Source: Candidatus Helarchaeota archaeon (lineage in GTDB: Archaea > Asgardarchaeota > Lokiarchaeia > Helarchaeales > RDOG01). Taken from it: DNA of 64,000 nt. The notes below the pieces were generated by a model. That model did no database searches. It saw nothing but the letters and a program-made list of their open reading frames with translations, and had not been told where the DNA came from. The stretch covers positions 32,001 to 96,000 of the forward strand of contig JAHPZH010000008.1 of NCBI GenBank assembly GCA_019058315.1, read 5' to 3'. This document shows positions 50,994-62,000 of the stretch, in pieces. A program made the position numbers and the translations under genes. Every line of letters begins with the position of its first letter. Within the stretch, counting starts at the first letter, position 1.

Positions 50994-51260
50994 ATGTCGG
51001 ATCAAGGAACAATCTCTTATAACTGGCGAACCGTTATTGTAATTCCTCATAAAAAAGTCTTTGAAAAGATAAAGGAAATGTGTATTCAATTACAAGAAGA
51101 AAAAAAGAATTTTACATATTTTACTCCAAACAAAACAAGAGGTAAAGGTCCTCAATATCAAATCTGGATATATTCAATTAACAAACAACAAGCCTATGAG
51201 CGAGGAGATTTCTTTCATCAGAAATTTGGGGTTCGCTACTATGTTAATCCTAGGAGATAG
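50994..51260 (+). CDS. Hypothetical protein
   Basis: 88-aa ORF with ATG and AAGGA SD. Confidence 0.55.
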   Translation: MSDQGTISYNWRTVIVIPHKKVFEKIKEMCIQLQEEKKNFTYFTPNKTRGKGPQYQIWIYSINKQQAYERGDFFHQKFGVRYYVNPRR

Positions 51261-51391
51261 TTAGGATAATTATATGGTTTTTAAATTATTTAGTTATCCG
51301 ATCAAATACTGATTAATTTTTAATTAACTAGTCTTATTCTTATGTAAACATAGAATAGTTGTTATTTAATCTAAAATTTGGAGTATATTTT

Positions 51392-52744
51392 ATGTGTGAC
51401 ACAATAATAGTATTAGGGAATTCTACAGAAGATGGATCGACTATTTTTGCTAAGAATTCCGATAGAGAGGCTAATGAACCTCATGCAATATGTTATTTAC
51501 CAAGCTCTACTCATAATAATAGTGAACAAATTCAATGTCAATATATTTCAATTCCTCAAGTAAAAGAAACATTTGCAGTTATTCTTTCCAAGCCTGTTTG
51601 GTTAAAAATTGGTTGCGAGATGGGTGCAAATGAATTTGGTGTTGTCATGGGAAATGAAGCTGTTTTTACCAAAGAGAAATATGAAGAAGAGGGTTTACTA
51701 GGAATGGACCTTATGACAATTTCTTTACAAAGATCAAAAACAGCCAAAGAAGCTTTGGAGATAGTTACTGATTTACTTGAAAAATATGGACAGGGAGGAT
51801 CAGGACATCCATTTGATCCGAATTATATTTATCATAATTCTTTTATTATAGCTGATCTTAATGAAGCATGGATTTTAGAAACTGCAAATAAGTTTTGGGT
51901 TGCAAAGAAAGTCGATAATATCGGAACAATTTCAAACGGTTTAACAATTGAGGATAATTGGAACCGTGCTTCATCGGGTCTTATAGAAAATGCAATTAAA
52001 AAAGGTTGGTGTGAATCAAAATCGGATTTTAATTTTAGTAAATGCTATTCAGACCCAGAATTACGAATCATAACAAATTGTATAGAACGTCAATCCAGAA
52101 CTATTAATCTATTGTTTGATAAAAAAGGTCAAGTAAAAGTAACTGATATAATGGAAATTTTAAGAGATCATGGTTTAAAATTCAAAGAAAAACCATTTCA
52201 ACCTTCAAAAGGCACAATGTCGAGTGTTTGTATGCATTTGAATTCTAAAGCTATTTCACAGACTACAGCGAGTTATGTTGCTCATTTAGCAAAAGATATT
52301 CATGTCCATTGGTTGACAGGTACTTCCGCTCCATGTTTGAGCATATTTAAACCTTTCTTCTTCGAAAATCCTGAAGCATTAAAAAATATAAAGGTTCCAT
52401 CTTTAAAAAATGATAATAAATCTCTTTGGTGGAGACATGAAATACTTCATAGAGAGGCTATACTTGATTATCAAAAAAGAGCACCAATTATAGTTAAAAA
52501 TAGTCAAGAATTAGAACAAGAATTAATTAATGAAGTTAATGACGTATTGAACAAATCAGATTCAATTAATAAAGAGGAATTTAAAATTAAATTAAATGAA
52601 ATCAGTACTAAAGCATTGGATCAGAATTTTTCTTTAATTAAAAGTGTATATGAAACCATTTCAAAAATGGAGATCGAAAAATCGGCTCCAAAAAGTTATA
52701 TAAAATTCTGGAAAAAACTGAACGCCGAAGTTAATATAAATTAA
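51392..52744 (+). CDS. Peptidase C69 (secernin / dipeptidase A-like Ntn hydrolase)
   Basis: N-terminal MCDT nucleophile, FAKNSDR, EMGANEFGV..GNEAV, LLGMDL, HNSFIIAD, VCMH, PCLSIFKP. Confidence 0.92.
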   Translation: MCDTIIVLGNSTEDGSTIFAKNSDREANEPHAICYLPSSTHNNSEQIQCQYISIPQVKETFAVILSKPVWLKIGCEMGANEFGVVMGNEAVFTKEKYEEEGLLGMDLMTISLQRSKTAKEALEIVTDLLEKYGQGGSGHPFDPNYIYHNSFIIADLNEAWILETANKFWVAKKVDNIGTISNGLTIEDNWNRASSGLIENAIKKGWCESKSDFNFSKCYSDPELRIITNCIERQSRTINLLFDKKGQVKVTDIMEILRDHGLKFKEKPFQPSKGTMSSVCMHLNSKAISQTTASYVAHLAKDIHVHWLTGTSAPCLSIFKPFFFENPEALKNIKVPSLKNDNKSLWWRHEILHREAILDYQKRAPIIVKNSQELEQELINEVNDVLNKSDSINKEEFKIKLNEISTKALDQNFSLIKSVYETISKMEIEKSAPKSYIKFWKKLNAEVNIN

Positions 52745-52764
52745 TCTAAAATATTTACCAGAAA

Positions 52765-53970
52765 TTAACTACTTAACATTATATTCTTAATTCTTTTTAG
52801 TTCACTCAACATTGCTTCGCGTAGCATTAAATATGATTCCTCTTCTTCAGAATTGTACGATTTGCTTTCACCTTCTTTTTGGTTCAGCAAATCTTGCATC
52901 TTAACATATGTTGAAGCAGGAATACGTCCCTCAAATAATTGAGTCTTAAGAACTTTTAATCTTTGTTGTATCTCAAAATGAGTTAAATTAACATAAATCT
53001 CTTCTTCCTCTGGTTCGGGTATTTCTGGAATTATAGGTTCAAGTTTTACTGGATGAATAATTTCTGGACATTTTTGCACCTGTCTCATTTGGTTAAGAAC
53101 ATGTTCTGGGAGGTCTCCTTCTATTATAGCAAAAATTTTAGAGAGGATCAATAATTTATCTTGTTCGATAAATAAATTATTCCAACCATAAGAGTCTGAT
53201 ACAATGCACAATGCTTTTTTAGGAATAATAGGTTTATTTTGGCAATTTTCAAAATTTTCGCAATTTTCACACATTAAGGATTCATAGATTACAGATCCAT
53301 TGATAATATCGACAGTGAATAAACCATACTTATTCAAGATTTTGATATTATTATCTACAATTTTTAAGCCCATTTGATTTAAGACATCATAGAAATTTTC
53401 ATACCCTTGTTGTTTTAAATCATAGTATCTTTGGAATTGCTCTCTAATTTTAGTGGTAATTAAATCTGAGGATTCTTGAATCATATTAAGTGATATTTCT
53501 GCCAAGTAACCCAGAATTTCTTTTTGAAAATATAATCTATTTTCAAAATCAAAATAAAAAATATAATCTTCTTTACTAAATTCTTCAATAATTTCGTTAT
53601 TTGATGAATTATCCGAATTTAAACCTATAAGGAAAATAGGAATAGGTCCAATTGAATTATATATTTCATCAAGGATTTCGGTGAGAAAAGGAGAAATTGT
53701 TTTTGGATTATTATAATCAAAGAACACAACGACACTAGAGGTGCCACGATAGAAACTTGAGCGGAAAAATCTCAATCTCTCTTCCATAGATATATCCCAA
53801 AAGCTGAAATCTACTTTATAACCATTTAAATTAACGTGTGTTAAGAGTATATCTAACCCAATGGTGTTTTTATATGATTTATTAAATCCGCGTTTTAGGA
53901 TGTCCCCTGTAAAATCCAGTTTTAATGCTGGATGATAAAACAGTAGTGATTTAAGCTTATATGAGACTAT
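52765..53970 (-). CDS. Rab-like small GTPase domain with degenerate P-loop plus a Cys-rich C-terminal region; start extended to ATA at 53970
   Basis: The open frame upstream of the track start encodes FNKSYKNTIGLDI...FSFWDISMEERLRFFRSSFYRG...VVFFDY. G1 reads FYHPALKL. C-terminal CENCENFENC. Confidence 0.75.
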   Translation of the reverse strand: MVSYKLKSLLFYHPALKLDFTGDILKRGFNKSYKNTIGLDILLTHVNLNGYKVDFSFWDISMEERLRFFRSSFYRGTSSVVVFFDYNNPKTISPFLTEILDEIYNSIGPIPIFLIGLNSDNSSNNEIIEEFSKEDYIFYFDFENRLYFQKEILGYLAEISLNMIQESSDLITTKIREQFQRYYDLKQQGYENFYDVLNQMGLKIVDNNIKILNKYGLFTVDIINGSVIYESLMCENCENFENCQNKPIIPKKALCIVSDSYGWNNLFIEQDKLLILSKIFAIIEGDLPEHVLNQMRQVQKCPEIIHPVKLEPIIPEIPEPEEEEIYVNLTHFEIQQRLKVLKTQLFEGRIPASTYVKMQDLLNQKEGESKSYNSEEEESYLMLREAMLSELKRIKNIMLSS

Positions 53971-54027
53971 TGAACCCCCCTTTAATATTTAAAAAGACAG
54001 TTTTTTGACTTAGGGCTAAAACTAAAT

Positions 54028-54222
54028 TCAGCCCCCTTTAATTTTTGGGAGAACTAAGATTTTATCTTCAGGCACTAATACTTGATTAATTTCGGCTTTT
54101 TTACCATTTACTAGTACAGCGAAAAAATTATCCTTAAGGTTTAATTCTTTTAGTAAATCACTTACGGTCTTTTTTTTCTTAACTTGAATAGTTTTGTATA
54201 TTAAATTGGTGGATTTTGACAT
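54028..54222 (-). CDS. MoaD/ThiS (SAMP-like) protein, paralog of 15110..15298
   Basis: TVSDLLKELNL, FAVLVNGK, C-terminal PKIKGG. Confidence 0.85.
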   Translation of the reverse strand: MSKSTNLIYKTIQVKKKKTVSDLLKELNLKDNFFAVLVNGKKAEINQVLVPEDKILVLPKIKGG

Positions 54223-54387
54223 TTTTCAACCACATTTACTTCTTTTCCAATTAAAAAAGGTGAAGATAACTATTTAATATTTACTACTTTTCGAATATTA
54301 TATGATTATAAGTCTTTTTCATATAGAATTTACATTAAAAATTCTCTAAATACTAATTTCATACAATTATATAAATTTTTTAATTTC

Positions 54388-54400
54388 ATCTCATTGAGAT
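54388..54400. promoter_or_regulatory. Palindrome upstream of the HTH-roadblock regulator
   Basis: ATCTCA-T-TGAGAT about 15 nt downstream of TTATATAAA. Confidence 0.4.
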
Positions 54401-54453
54401 AAATTAATATCCAATTAATTACACTTTAAGCATAAAAGATTTTATAAAATTTT

Positions 54454-55410
54454 GTGTTCAAGATGGCAACTTCTGATATAGAATTAAAAAACAGATTAAA
54501 ACTTATTCATAACAAAACCCTTTGTGATTTGTTAAGATTATTCAATTCAGAACCACAGAGGGAATATTCTATTGAAGAATTAAAAGAAAGATCAAATCTC
54601 AATAGTTCTACTTTATTTAATTCACTCAAAAAATTGAGAAAAATAGGTTATATTGAACAACTTGTCAGAGGTCATTATAAAATCAATTATATTGTTGGTC
54701 CTTCTCTTATAAAAATGTTAGACGAACTTGAAAAGAATAAACTACCAAATATACCATTAAATCATCGTAATGGCAATTTTCTTTCCTTATTAAGACGTTT
54801 TAAAAATCCTGATATTGTCTTTTCTAAATTATTAACAACATATAGAACAATAAAAATCTCAGATTTAATTGATGCAGGAGTATCAAGAGCGACAGCATTT
54901 CGTATTTTAAAAGAATTAACACATCTTGGTCTTTTAATAAAAGATGAGAAAGAAAAAAACTGGAAATTCTCACCAAGTCTAGATTTCTTAAGAAAGATCA
55001 TTGTTCAAGAAATAACTCAAATCCCTGGGAAAATATTAAATATTTTTCATAATCTTAAAAAGAATTTACCCGAATTTACTGAATACCAAGGTTCTATTAT
55101 CTGTTCCATTGAAGGGTTCCCTATTTTTGTTCATTCAATTGAAAAGAAAATTAGTGACTTCTCAGCTTGGATCTCAGCTCAGATGAATGTCGCAACCCAA
55201 CAATGTGCAGTTGTTGATTATGATCTTGAATTTTTTATTAATTTTACAGAAAGAGGTTTGATATTTGCTTATCCTTTAAAGAAAATTACTTTAGCAATAG
55301 TTCTTCATACTGAAAATAAATTCAAGGATTTTCAAAAATTAATTAAAATTTTAAATAATACCGCAAGAAAAATAGATATAGAAGCTGAAAAATTAAAAAT
55401 TGAATTATAA
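54454..55410 (+). CDS. Double winged-HTH regulator with C-terminal roadblock/profilin-like domain
   Basis: LNSSTLFNSLKKLRKIGYI; GVSRATAFRILKEL...GLL; GSIICSIEGFPI roadblock start. Confidence 0.7.
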   Translation: MFKMATSDIELKNRLKLIHNKTLCDLLRLFNSEPQREYSIEELKERSNLNSSTLFNSLKKLRKIGYIEQLVRGHYKINYIVGPSLIKMLDELEKNKLPNIPLNHRNGNFLSLLRRFKNPDIVFSKLLTTYRTIKISDLIDAGVSRATAFRILKELTHLGLLIKDEKEKNWKFSPSLDFLRKIIVQEITQIPGKILNIFHNLKKNLPEFTEYQGSIICSIEGFPIFVHSIEKKISDFSAWISAQMNVATQQCAVVDYDLEFFINFTERGLIFAYPLKKITLAIVLHTENKFKDFQKLIKILNNTARKIDIEAEKLKIEL

Positions 55411-55446
55411 AATAAATAATTTCTTATTAAACTAAAATATTTAAAA

Positions 55447-56961
55447 TTATTTGAGTTTCTTTTTCTTTTCTAAGTGTTCACTATATTCAACAATCTTTAC
55501 AAGCAACCTTGCAGCATCATAAGATGAATTTAATATCAAAACACCACTTTCATATGTCTTCTTTACGATTTCGGGCTCCGAAGGCAAGTCAGCATGATAT
55601 AAACTAGTTGGACAAACGATAGTTTTATTTGAATGTTTTGCTATACGCTTTAAAGAACCAACCATTGTATCTTCAAATGCTTCGAGAACATCAGGTCTAA
55701 AAAGATTCTTAGGTAATTGTTTTAGAATTGATTGAATATCAGATTGTTTTAACTGAGAAGAAATACCTAAAGGAAGACTTGCTATGATAATATCGATTTC
55801 TGGAGCTTCCGACAAGATTTTAAGAACTTGTGTAAAGGCACCTAAATTTCTAGTGGCTACCAAATCAACAGGATTACTTTTCGGCCAATATGGAGGAAGC
55901 AATTTATCCAATTTTTCAATAGTTTCATCAGATAATTTTGCAATTTCTAATCCAGCTTCTGCACAAAAATCAGCTGTTAATACACCAGCCCCTCCACCTC
56001 CAGAATAAATGGCAGTTCGTCTGCTCTTCGGCATTTTATTTTTCATAAGAACTGAAAATGCACGGCCTAAATCTACTAAATCTGTTGAGTTATCTGCTTG
56101 TATTATACCATATTGTTTGAAAAGAGAATCATAAATTTTTCTTGAGCCAGCTATGGACCCTGTATGTGAACTAGCTGCTTTTGATCCAGCTAATGTTTTC
56201 CCACCTTTCAGAACTATTATAGGTTTATTTATTTCGGCTGCGATTTTCTTAAATTTCTTCCCATTTCTAAGACCTTCCATAAAACAGAGAATAATATCTG
56301 TGTCATTATCATAGAGTCCAAAATATTCTACAAAATCCTCTAATTTTAGATCAGCTTCATTTCCGTTTGAAACTAATTTTGAGAATCCCAAGCCGTGTAT
56401 ACTAGCACTTCGCATTGTAACCACACCCCATGTCCCTGATTGTGATGTGATACTTACCTTTAAATTATCATTAGCTTGCTTAGTGGGTAACACTGCCCAT
56501 CCCATTAAAGCCAAAAGCCGTGTTTGCGTAGATGCAACACCCATACAATTTGGACCAACCAATCTTGTATTGCCTTTTTTGGCAATTTTGAGCAATTCAT
56601 TTTGTAAATCTATTCCTTTTTTATTAAAAGGACCTATCTCTTTAAATCCTGCAGTGATAATAACGACAAATTTGACATTTTCTTCAACACATTCCTCAAG
56701 TACTTCAGGGACTTTTATATTCGGAACTGTAATTAAAGATAAATCAATAGATTCCGGAACTTTTTTAATAGATTTATATGATTGGTGATCTAGTATAATA
56801 TCACCCTTAGGATTTACTGGAAAAATCTTACCAATATAACCACCTAAAAGCATATTTGTTAGAACTTGCCCACCCACTTTAGTTTGGTTTTTACTTGCCC
56901 CAATGATTGCAACACTTTTTGGGTTAAATAATGAATGTAATTCTTCTGGATTATAATCCAT
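55447..56961 (-). CDS. ADP-forming acyl/acetate--CoA ligase, alpha subunit
   Basis: FNPKSVAIIGAS, ITAGFKE, GPNCMG, SQSG, GNEADL, AASSHTGSIAG, GGGAGVL..D, NPVDL. Confidence 0.9.
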   Translation of the reverse strand: MDYNPEELHSLFNPKSVAIIGASKNQTKVGGQVLTNMLLGGYIGKIFPVNPKGDIILDHQSYKSIKKVPESIDLSLITVPNIKVPEVLEECVEENVKFVVIITAGFKEIGPFNKKGIDLQNELLKIAKKGNTRLVGPNCMGVASTQTRLLALMGWAVLPTKQANDNLKVSITSQSGTWGVVTMRSASIHGLGFSKLVSNGNEADLKLEDFVEYFGLYDNDTDIILCFMEGLRNGKKFKKIAAEINKPIIVLKGGKTLAGSKAASSHTGSIAGSRKIYDSLFKQYGIIQADNSTDLVDLGRAFSVLMKNKMPKSRRTAIYSGGGGAGVLTADFCAEAGLEIAKLSDETIEKLDKLLPPYWPKSNPVDLVATRNLGAFTQVLKILSEAPEIDIIIASLPLGISSQLKQSDIQSILKQLPKNLFRPDVLEAFEDTMVGSLKRIAKHSNKTIVCPTSLYHADLPSEPEIVKKTYESGVLILNSSYDAARLLVKIVEYSEHLEKKKKLK

Positions 56962-57198
56962 TTTTTTTCAATCCAAAATATTTAGCTTTGATTAACTTAT
57001 TTTTATTCTAATAGCGGTTATTTACAATGACCTTGTCATATATTCAATTATCGTTATGATCGCTCAAATTTTCTTAAAGTTTTCGTTAACGGAGAGTAAA
57101 AGTTTGTCTTTCTAATATTAGACAAATTAATTTAAATACTTCAATTTATACAAAATTTTAACTTCTAATTAGTTTAAATCTTAAAAAAGGAGAATAAA

Positions 57199-58491
57199 TT
57201 GACTTCAAAAGAAACGACTACAAGTTATCGATGGATAATTATAGCAGTTCTTTGGATATGGAATTTTTTTGGAACTGGTGCTTGGTTATTTATAATTTCT
57301 ATTATTGGTTTAATAAAGTTTGGACCGTTTGATGTTGGCGGTTTAGGAACTGGGGAAGGAGCATTAATAGTTATACTACCTTTTGCTAGTATTATACCTT
57401 TATCATTCATTGCAGGACCAATTATTGATAAAGTCGGAGTAAAAAAAATTGGTATAATTGGAATTCTAATTTTCACTGTTTTTTCAGTATTAAGAGGATT
57501 AAGTGACAGTTTTTCGGCTCTTGCAATATTTACAATCTGTATGGGTGCAGGGTTGGGATTGACATATCCTCTCCCCTCAAAATTAATTGGTTATTGGTTT
57601 GAAGAAAAAGAAATTGGAACTGCAAGTGGACTAAATGTTATGGCATCGGGTCTTGGAATTTTTTTCTTTGAAGCAATAACTTTACCAATACTATTACCAT
57701 TAGTTAGGCATTGGAGAAATACATTCCTTTTCTATGGAATTTTAACCTCAATAGTATTTATATCGTGGATTATATTAATTAAAGATTTTCCTGAGGGACA
57801 ATTAAAAGTAGAAGAAGAACGAGCCCCAATTCGAGAAGCACTATCAGTTAGCCTTAAAAATAAAAAAGTATGGTATCTTATAATAATCAATATTGCTGTT
57901 GTACTGTGTTATTTTGTAGGAAAAAATGCTTATAGGCTACTTTTCCCCTTAAGAACGGGAGAAAATTCATTTCTTCATAATATAATTCGAATTTATTATT
58001 GGTATATCGACTTTGGAGAACCACATATTGCTGTATTTATAATTGCTTTTATATCATTAGGTGCTATGTGCTCTAATTTAATCATTCCTATGATCTCAGA
58101 TAGAGTGGGAAAAAGAAAAATTTTTCTAATCTCAGCTCTTATTTTGATGAGTATTACAGTAGTAACTACAGGAATCCTAGAGGGCTTATTTTTATGGATT
58201 TCGGCATTCTTAATAGGGTTCTCTGTTGGAATACTTGCTTCCCTTATTCCAACTTGTATAATTGAAAATGTTGACGCAAAATATATTGGGACTAGTATGG
58301 GGTTAACTAATAGTATTGCTAACTCATTTGTACTTGTCTTAACTCTTATGCTTCCGTTATTAATTTCAGATAGATACAATCCAATTTCTTATTTACCTTT
58401 ACTTATAGCCTTTGGAATAATTTCTATAATTAGTGTATTTTTCGCCCAAAAATTACCAGAAACGGGTGGAAAAATAAAAAGGGTTCACTAA
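57199..58491 (+). CDS. MFS transporter
   Basis: About 12 TM; IDKVGVKK, WFEEKEIGTASG, SDRVGKRK. Confidence 0.88.
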   Translation: MTSKETTTSYRWIIIAVLWIWNFFGTGAWLFIISIIGLIKFGPFDVGGLGTGEGALIVILPFASIIPLSFIAGPIIDKVGVKKIGIIGILIFTVFSVLRGLSDSFSALAIFTICMGAGLGLTYPLPSKLIGYWFEEKEIGTASGLNVMASGLGIFFFEAITLPILLPLVRHWRNTFLFYGILTSIVFISWIILIKDFPEGQLKVEEERAPIREALSVSLKNKKVWYLIIINIAVVLCYFVGKNAYRLLFPLRTGENSFLHNIIRIYYWYIDFGEPHIAVFIIAFISLGAMCSNLIIPMISDRVGKRKIFLISALILMSITVVTTGILEGLFLWISAFLIGFSVGILASLIPTCIIENVDAKYIGTSMGLTNSIANSFVLVLTLMLPLLISDRYNPISYLPLLIAFGIISIISVFFAQKLPETGGKIKRVH

Positions 58492-58987
58492 TATTCCAAA
58501 ATAGTCTTTAAGCCTAAATCCCTAAATTAAATTAATTTATTATTATTGAAAAAAATTTAAATTAATAAATATCTTGTAATTTTTGTCATATTAAAGAAAA
58601 CTCTTTTTAATTTCTTCAATTTTTCTTAGTTCAACTTTTATATATGGGTTTTTTTAGTTCTTCCTTTATAAAGAAATATATTAAATTTTTAAATTTTAAA
58701 GCGAAAAATGCAATTCAGAGTGTATAGGGGAAATGTGGGGATAGACCATAACTGAAAATAAAGAGTTAAAATTTATATTCTCTTGTTTTTCTTAATTTTA
58801 TTCAAAAAAAGCAATTTTTCTTTATTATTACAAATTTAATATTCTAATTTTTTAATGCTCTTTGAGAGTTAGTAAGATAAATTTAAGGATATTTAATTTT
58901 AATATTTTCAATTAATCGGTAAAAATTGCTCCTCTTTTTAATTTAAACAAAAAAATATAGATTTTATATGTAAGATAATTTTTGATT

Positions 58988-59024
58988 TTTACTATAGCAT
59001 ACTCTGGAATCTAGGGATTGAAAC
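58988..59024 (+). other. Solitary CRISPR-repeat-like 37-mer (no array)
   Basis: TTTACTATAGCATACTCTGGAATCTAGGGATTGAAAC: 3' GGGATTGAAAC handle and CUCU/AGGG stem; single copy. Confidence 0.3.
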
Positions 59025-59088
59025 ACATTAATCCAGTGGAGGCTAAAAATAGAGAAGGATTTTAAAAAATAGACTGTTGTGAGAAGTT

Positions 59089-62000
59089 ATGAAGAATAAT
59101 AAATACAAAAAATTAATTTTAATTAGTTCTCTAATTATTCTTATATTTATTCCAATTATTAATTCTTATATTTATAACTCTCTGGGATGGGAAAATATCA
59201 AAAATTATCAGAGTGGGAAGAAGGATCTAGATATATTTCATAATCATGGAATTGAAGGAAATTCTGAATTATGGAATTATACAACAGCAGATAGCGTTAT
59301 TTTTAACGAGCCAAATTTAACCAGGGTAGGTTACCCTCTAATCATAAGAATGATAGATAATCCGTATGTATACAATGCATTACAAGGATTGAATGAAAGT
59401 TTCATTAGAATTTTATATTATAATGTCTCGAACCAATGGGTTGAAGTACCATTCCAAATAGATGAGAAGGGATGGCCTCTTATATGGGCAGATGGAGATT
59501 ATAACATCGGAACATATGATCCTGTTCTTAGAATTAAGCATACTTATGTTTCTAAAAATGGAACGTATAATTATGAACCAAGCAATGGGAATGATACACA
59601 AGTGCCATATGCCATTGATTATGATGATGAAATTTGTTTTTATGTTGAAAATGGACAATGGGTTTCAAATCAAACATGGTGGAATCATGAAAATTTTCCT
59701 TATAGATTAGCCGTTAATATCACGGATCCCGTTGATGGAGGGCAATCTTTCATGTATATTTATTATAATAATCATACACCTCAAGTAAGCCCAGAATATG
59801 AAAGTTATGTGAATTGGGATTCTGAAACCTTAACTATCACTACTCAAATTTATCAAAAACGGTTCAAAAATGATGATCCTGATATTATGAACCTATTAAG
59901 AATATTGGCTCCGGGTTCTGATGGAAAGAATATCATAGAGGAAATGGATAATTCCTTTGCGGGGATTCATGTAAGAGTTGTAGGTCCTTTAGGTATAAAT
60001 TTTTATGGTGATATGGATTGGATGACCCATGGTTCTTGGAATGAAACTTATTATGATGATAGTGCTTGTGGAATTGACAACCCTAATGAAGAAACAGAAC
60101 AGTTAGCCCAACCCGATCCTGGTAACATACCGAGTTGGAATGAATGGGATACCCAAGGAGATCATTTAGCAGTTGTAAATGGTCCTATTCGTGTAATTTT
60201 ATTAAAACAAAGATATACACATGGGATGGTTAGTCTTGGTGGGTTGGCGGGAAACCAACATATTTATACTTATGATCTACTTTCACACATTTTTTATAAC
60301 AATATGGAACAAGATGATAAGGGTTCAATGAAAATAATTGTCCCTACAGCACCAGTAGGTACGGCTTATATAGACAATACTTGTTTAATAATTGAAACTA
60401 TAGGATTTAATGTTTCTCTGAGAGAGGATTTTGCTAACGTTTTAGGTGGTAATCCAGGCGGATATCCAGGTTATAATGAGACAGAAGACTGGAATCCGGA
60501 TTATCCTAATAACGTTACTGATAGTCAAAAATATTTGTATTTTAATGGAAATGATATAGATGATGATTTGAAAAATGGAGGAGATCCGACAACTGATCCT
60601 CCCACTCCTCCACCTATTGATAATGAGGGATTATCGGACTGGACTATAACATGCTCAGAAACACATGGGGGAATGTGGATGTATATACCAAGAAAAGAGT
60701 TTTTAACCGCTATTGAACCATATAGAGCTGGTGGTGCACGAGAATATATGTATTATCAAGATGATGTTTCTAGTTCTGAAATTGGTTATGGTGTTTTTAA
60801 TCTTAATGCTCAGCAAGGAGATATAATAGCGACAGATCCTTATTATATACGATATGTTTACGGCATATTTGATAATGTTTCAAATGTTGAACGGGCAAAG
60901 CTCGAATATAGAAGATATAAAACAGATTTAAGTAATCCAGATGTCAGTCCTATTTGTTATCAAGAACAGACTTGCATTCAAAATCATACTGGAACTATAG
61001 AACTAGATGCTGAAACTTATTATGGAACTGCAGCAGTTGCTGAAATAACTTTGATAGACCAAGATCTGGATACCACAGATAATGTGAATACTGCATATGT
61101 AAATGTCACAAGTTCCAGAGATCAGTGGGGAATTAGAGTGTTTTTGACTGAGACAGGACCAAATACAGGGATTTTTAAAGGAATTGTCATGTTCAGTACG
61201 ACTGGAAGCGATGATCCTAGTGATATAATCTGGGTTAAAGACGGAGATACAATCATTGTCCGTTATGATGATGAACATACTATGACTGGAGATCCGGCTA
61301 GTTTGACAGATACTGCCATTTGGATTGGAACTTATACAGGGACAATTGAGCTTAATAAGGCTGAATATATTGATGATGAAATTCCAATCGTTACTATTAT
61401 TGATCCTGATTTAAATCAGAATCCAAATATTAAAGAAACTGTGAGTATTTCTGTAATTAGTGATAGTGATCCTATAGGTATTTCAGTAATTTTGACAGAA
61501 ACTGAAAAGAATAACGGAGGATTTGAAGGATATTTCAGCTTTAATAGATTTCTTAGTAATGATACTTTAGATCAGATTTATATTTTTGATGAAGACAATG
61601 TAATTGTAACTTATTATGATCAACACTCTTTAACTGGGGCTCAACTTAATATCACAGATACAGCTACTTGGCATGCAACTCATAGTGGGACTATAGAGTT
61701 AGATAAAGAGATTTATTACGGGACGGGAGCGGTTGCCATGGTTACAATTAACGATACCGATTTAAATACGAATATTAATCTTAAAGAAACAGTTTCCTTA
61801 AGAGTTTGGAGCGACACTGTTTTAAGTTACTTAGAACCCGGAATATTCGTGAATTGCTTAGAAACTGGAATAACTACAGGAATATTTATTGGTTATTTCA
61901 CTTTCAGCACTGTTGAAAGCGATGATATTTTAGATAAAATTTGGGTTGATGACGGTGATACAATTTACGTTGGAATGGATAATTATTTATGTGTATATCC

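Noticed and set aside
58492-59088. CRISPR array
   Set aside because: Only one repeat-like unit, with no regularly spaced copies and no cas genes.
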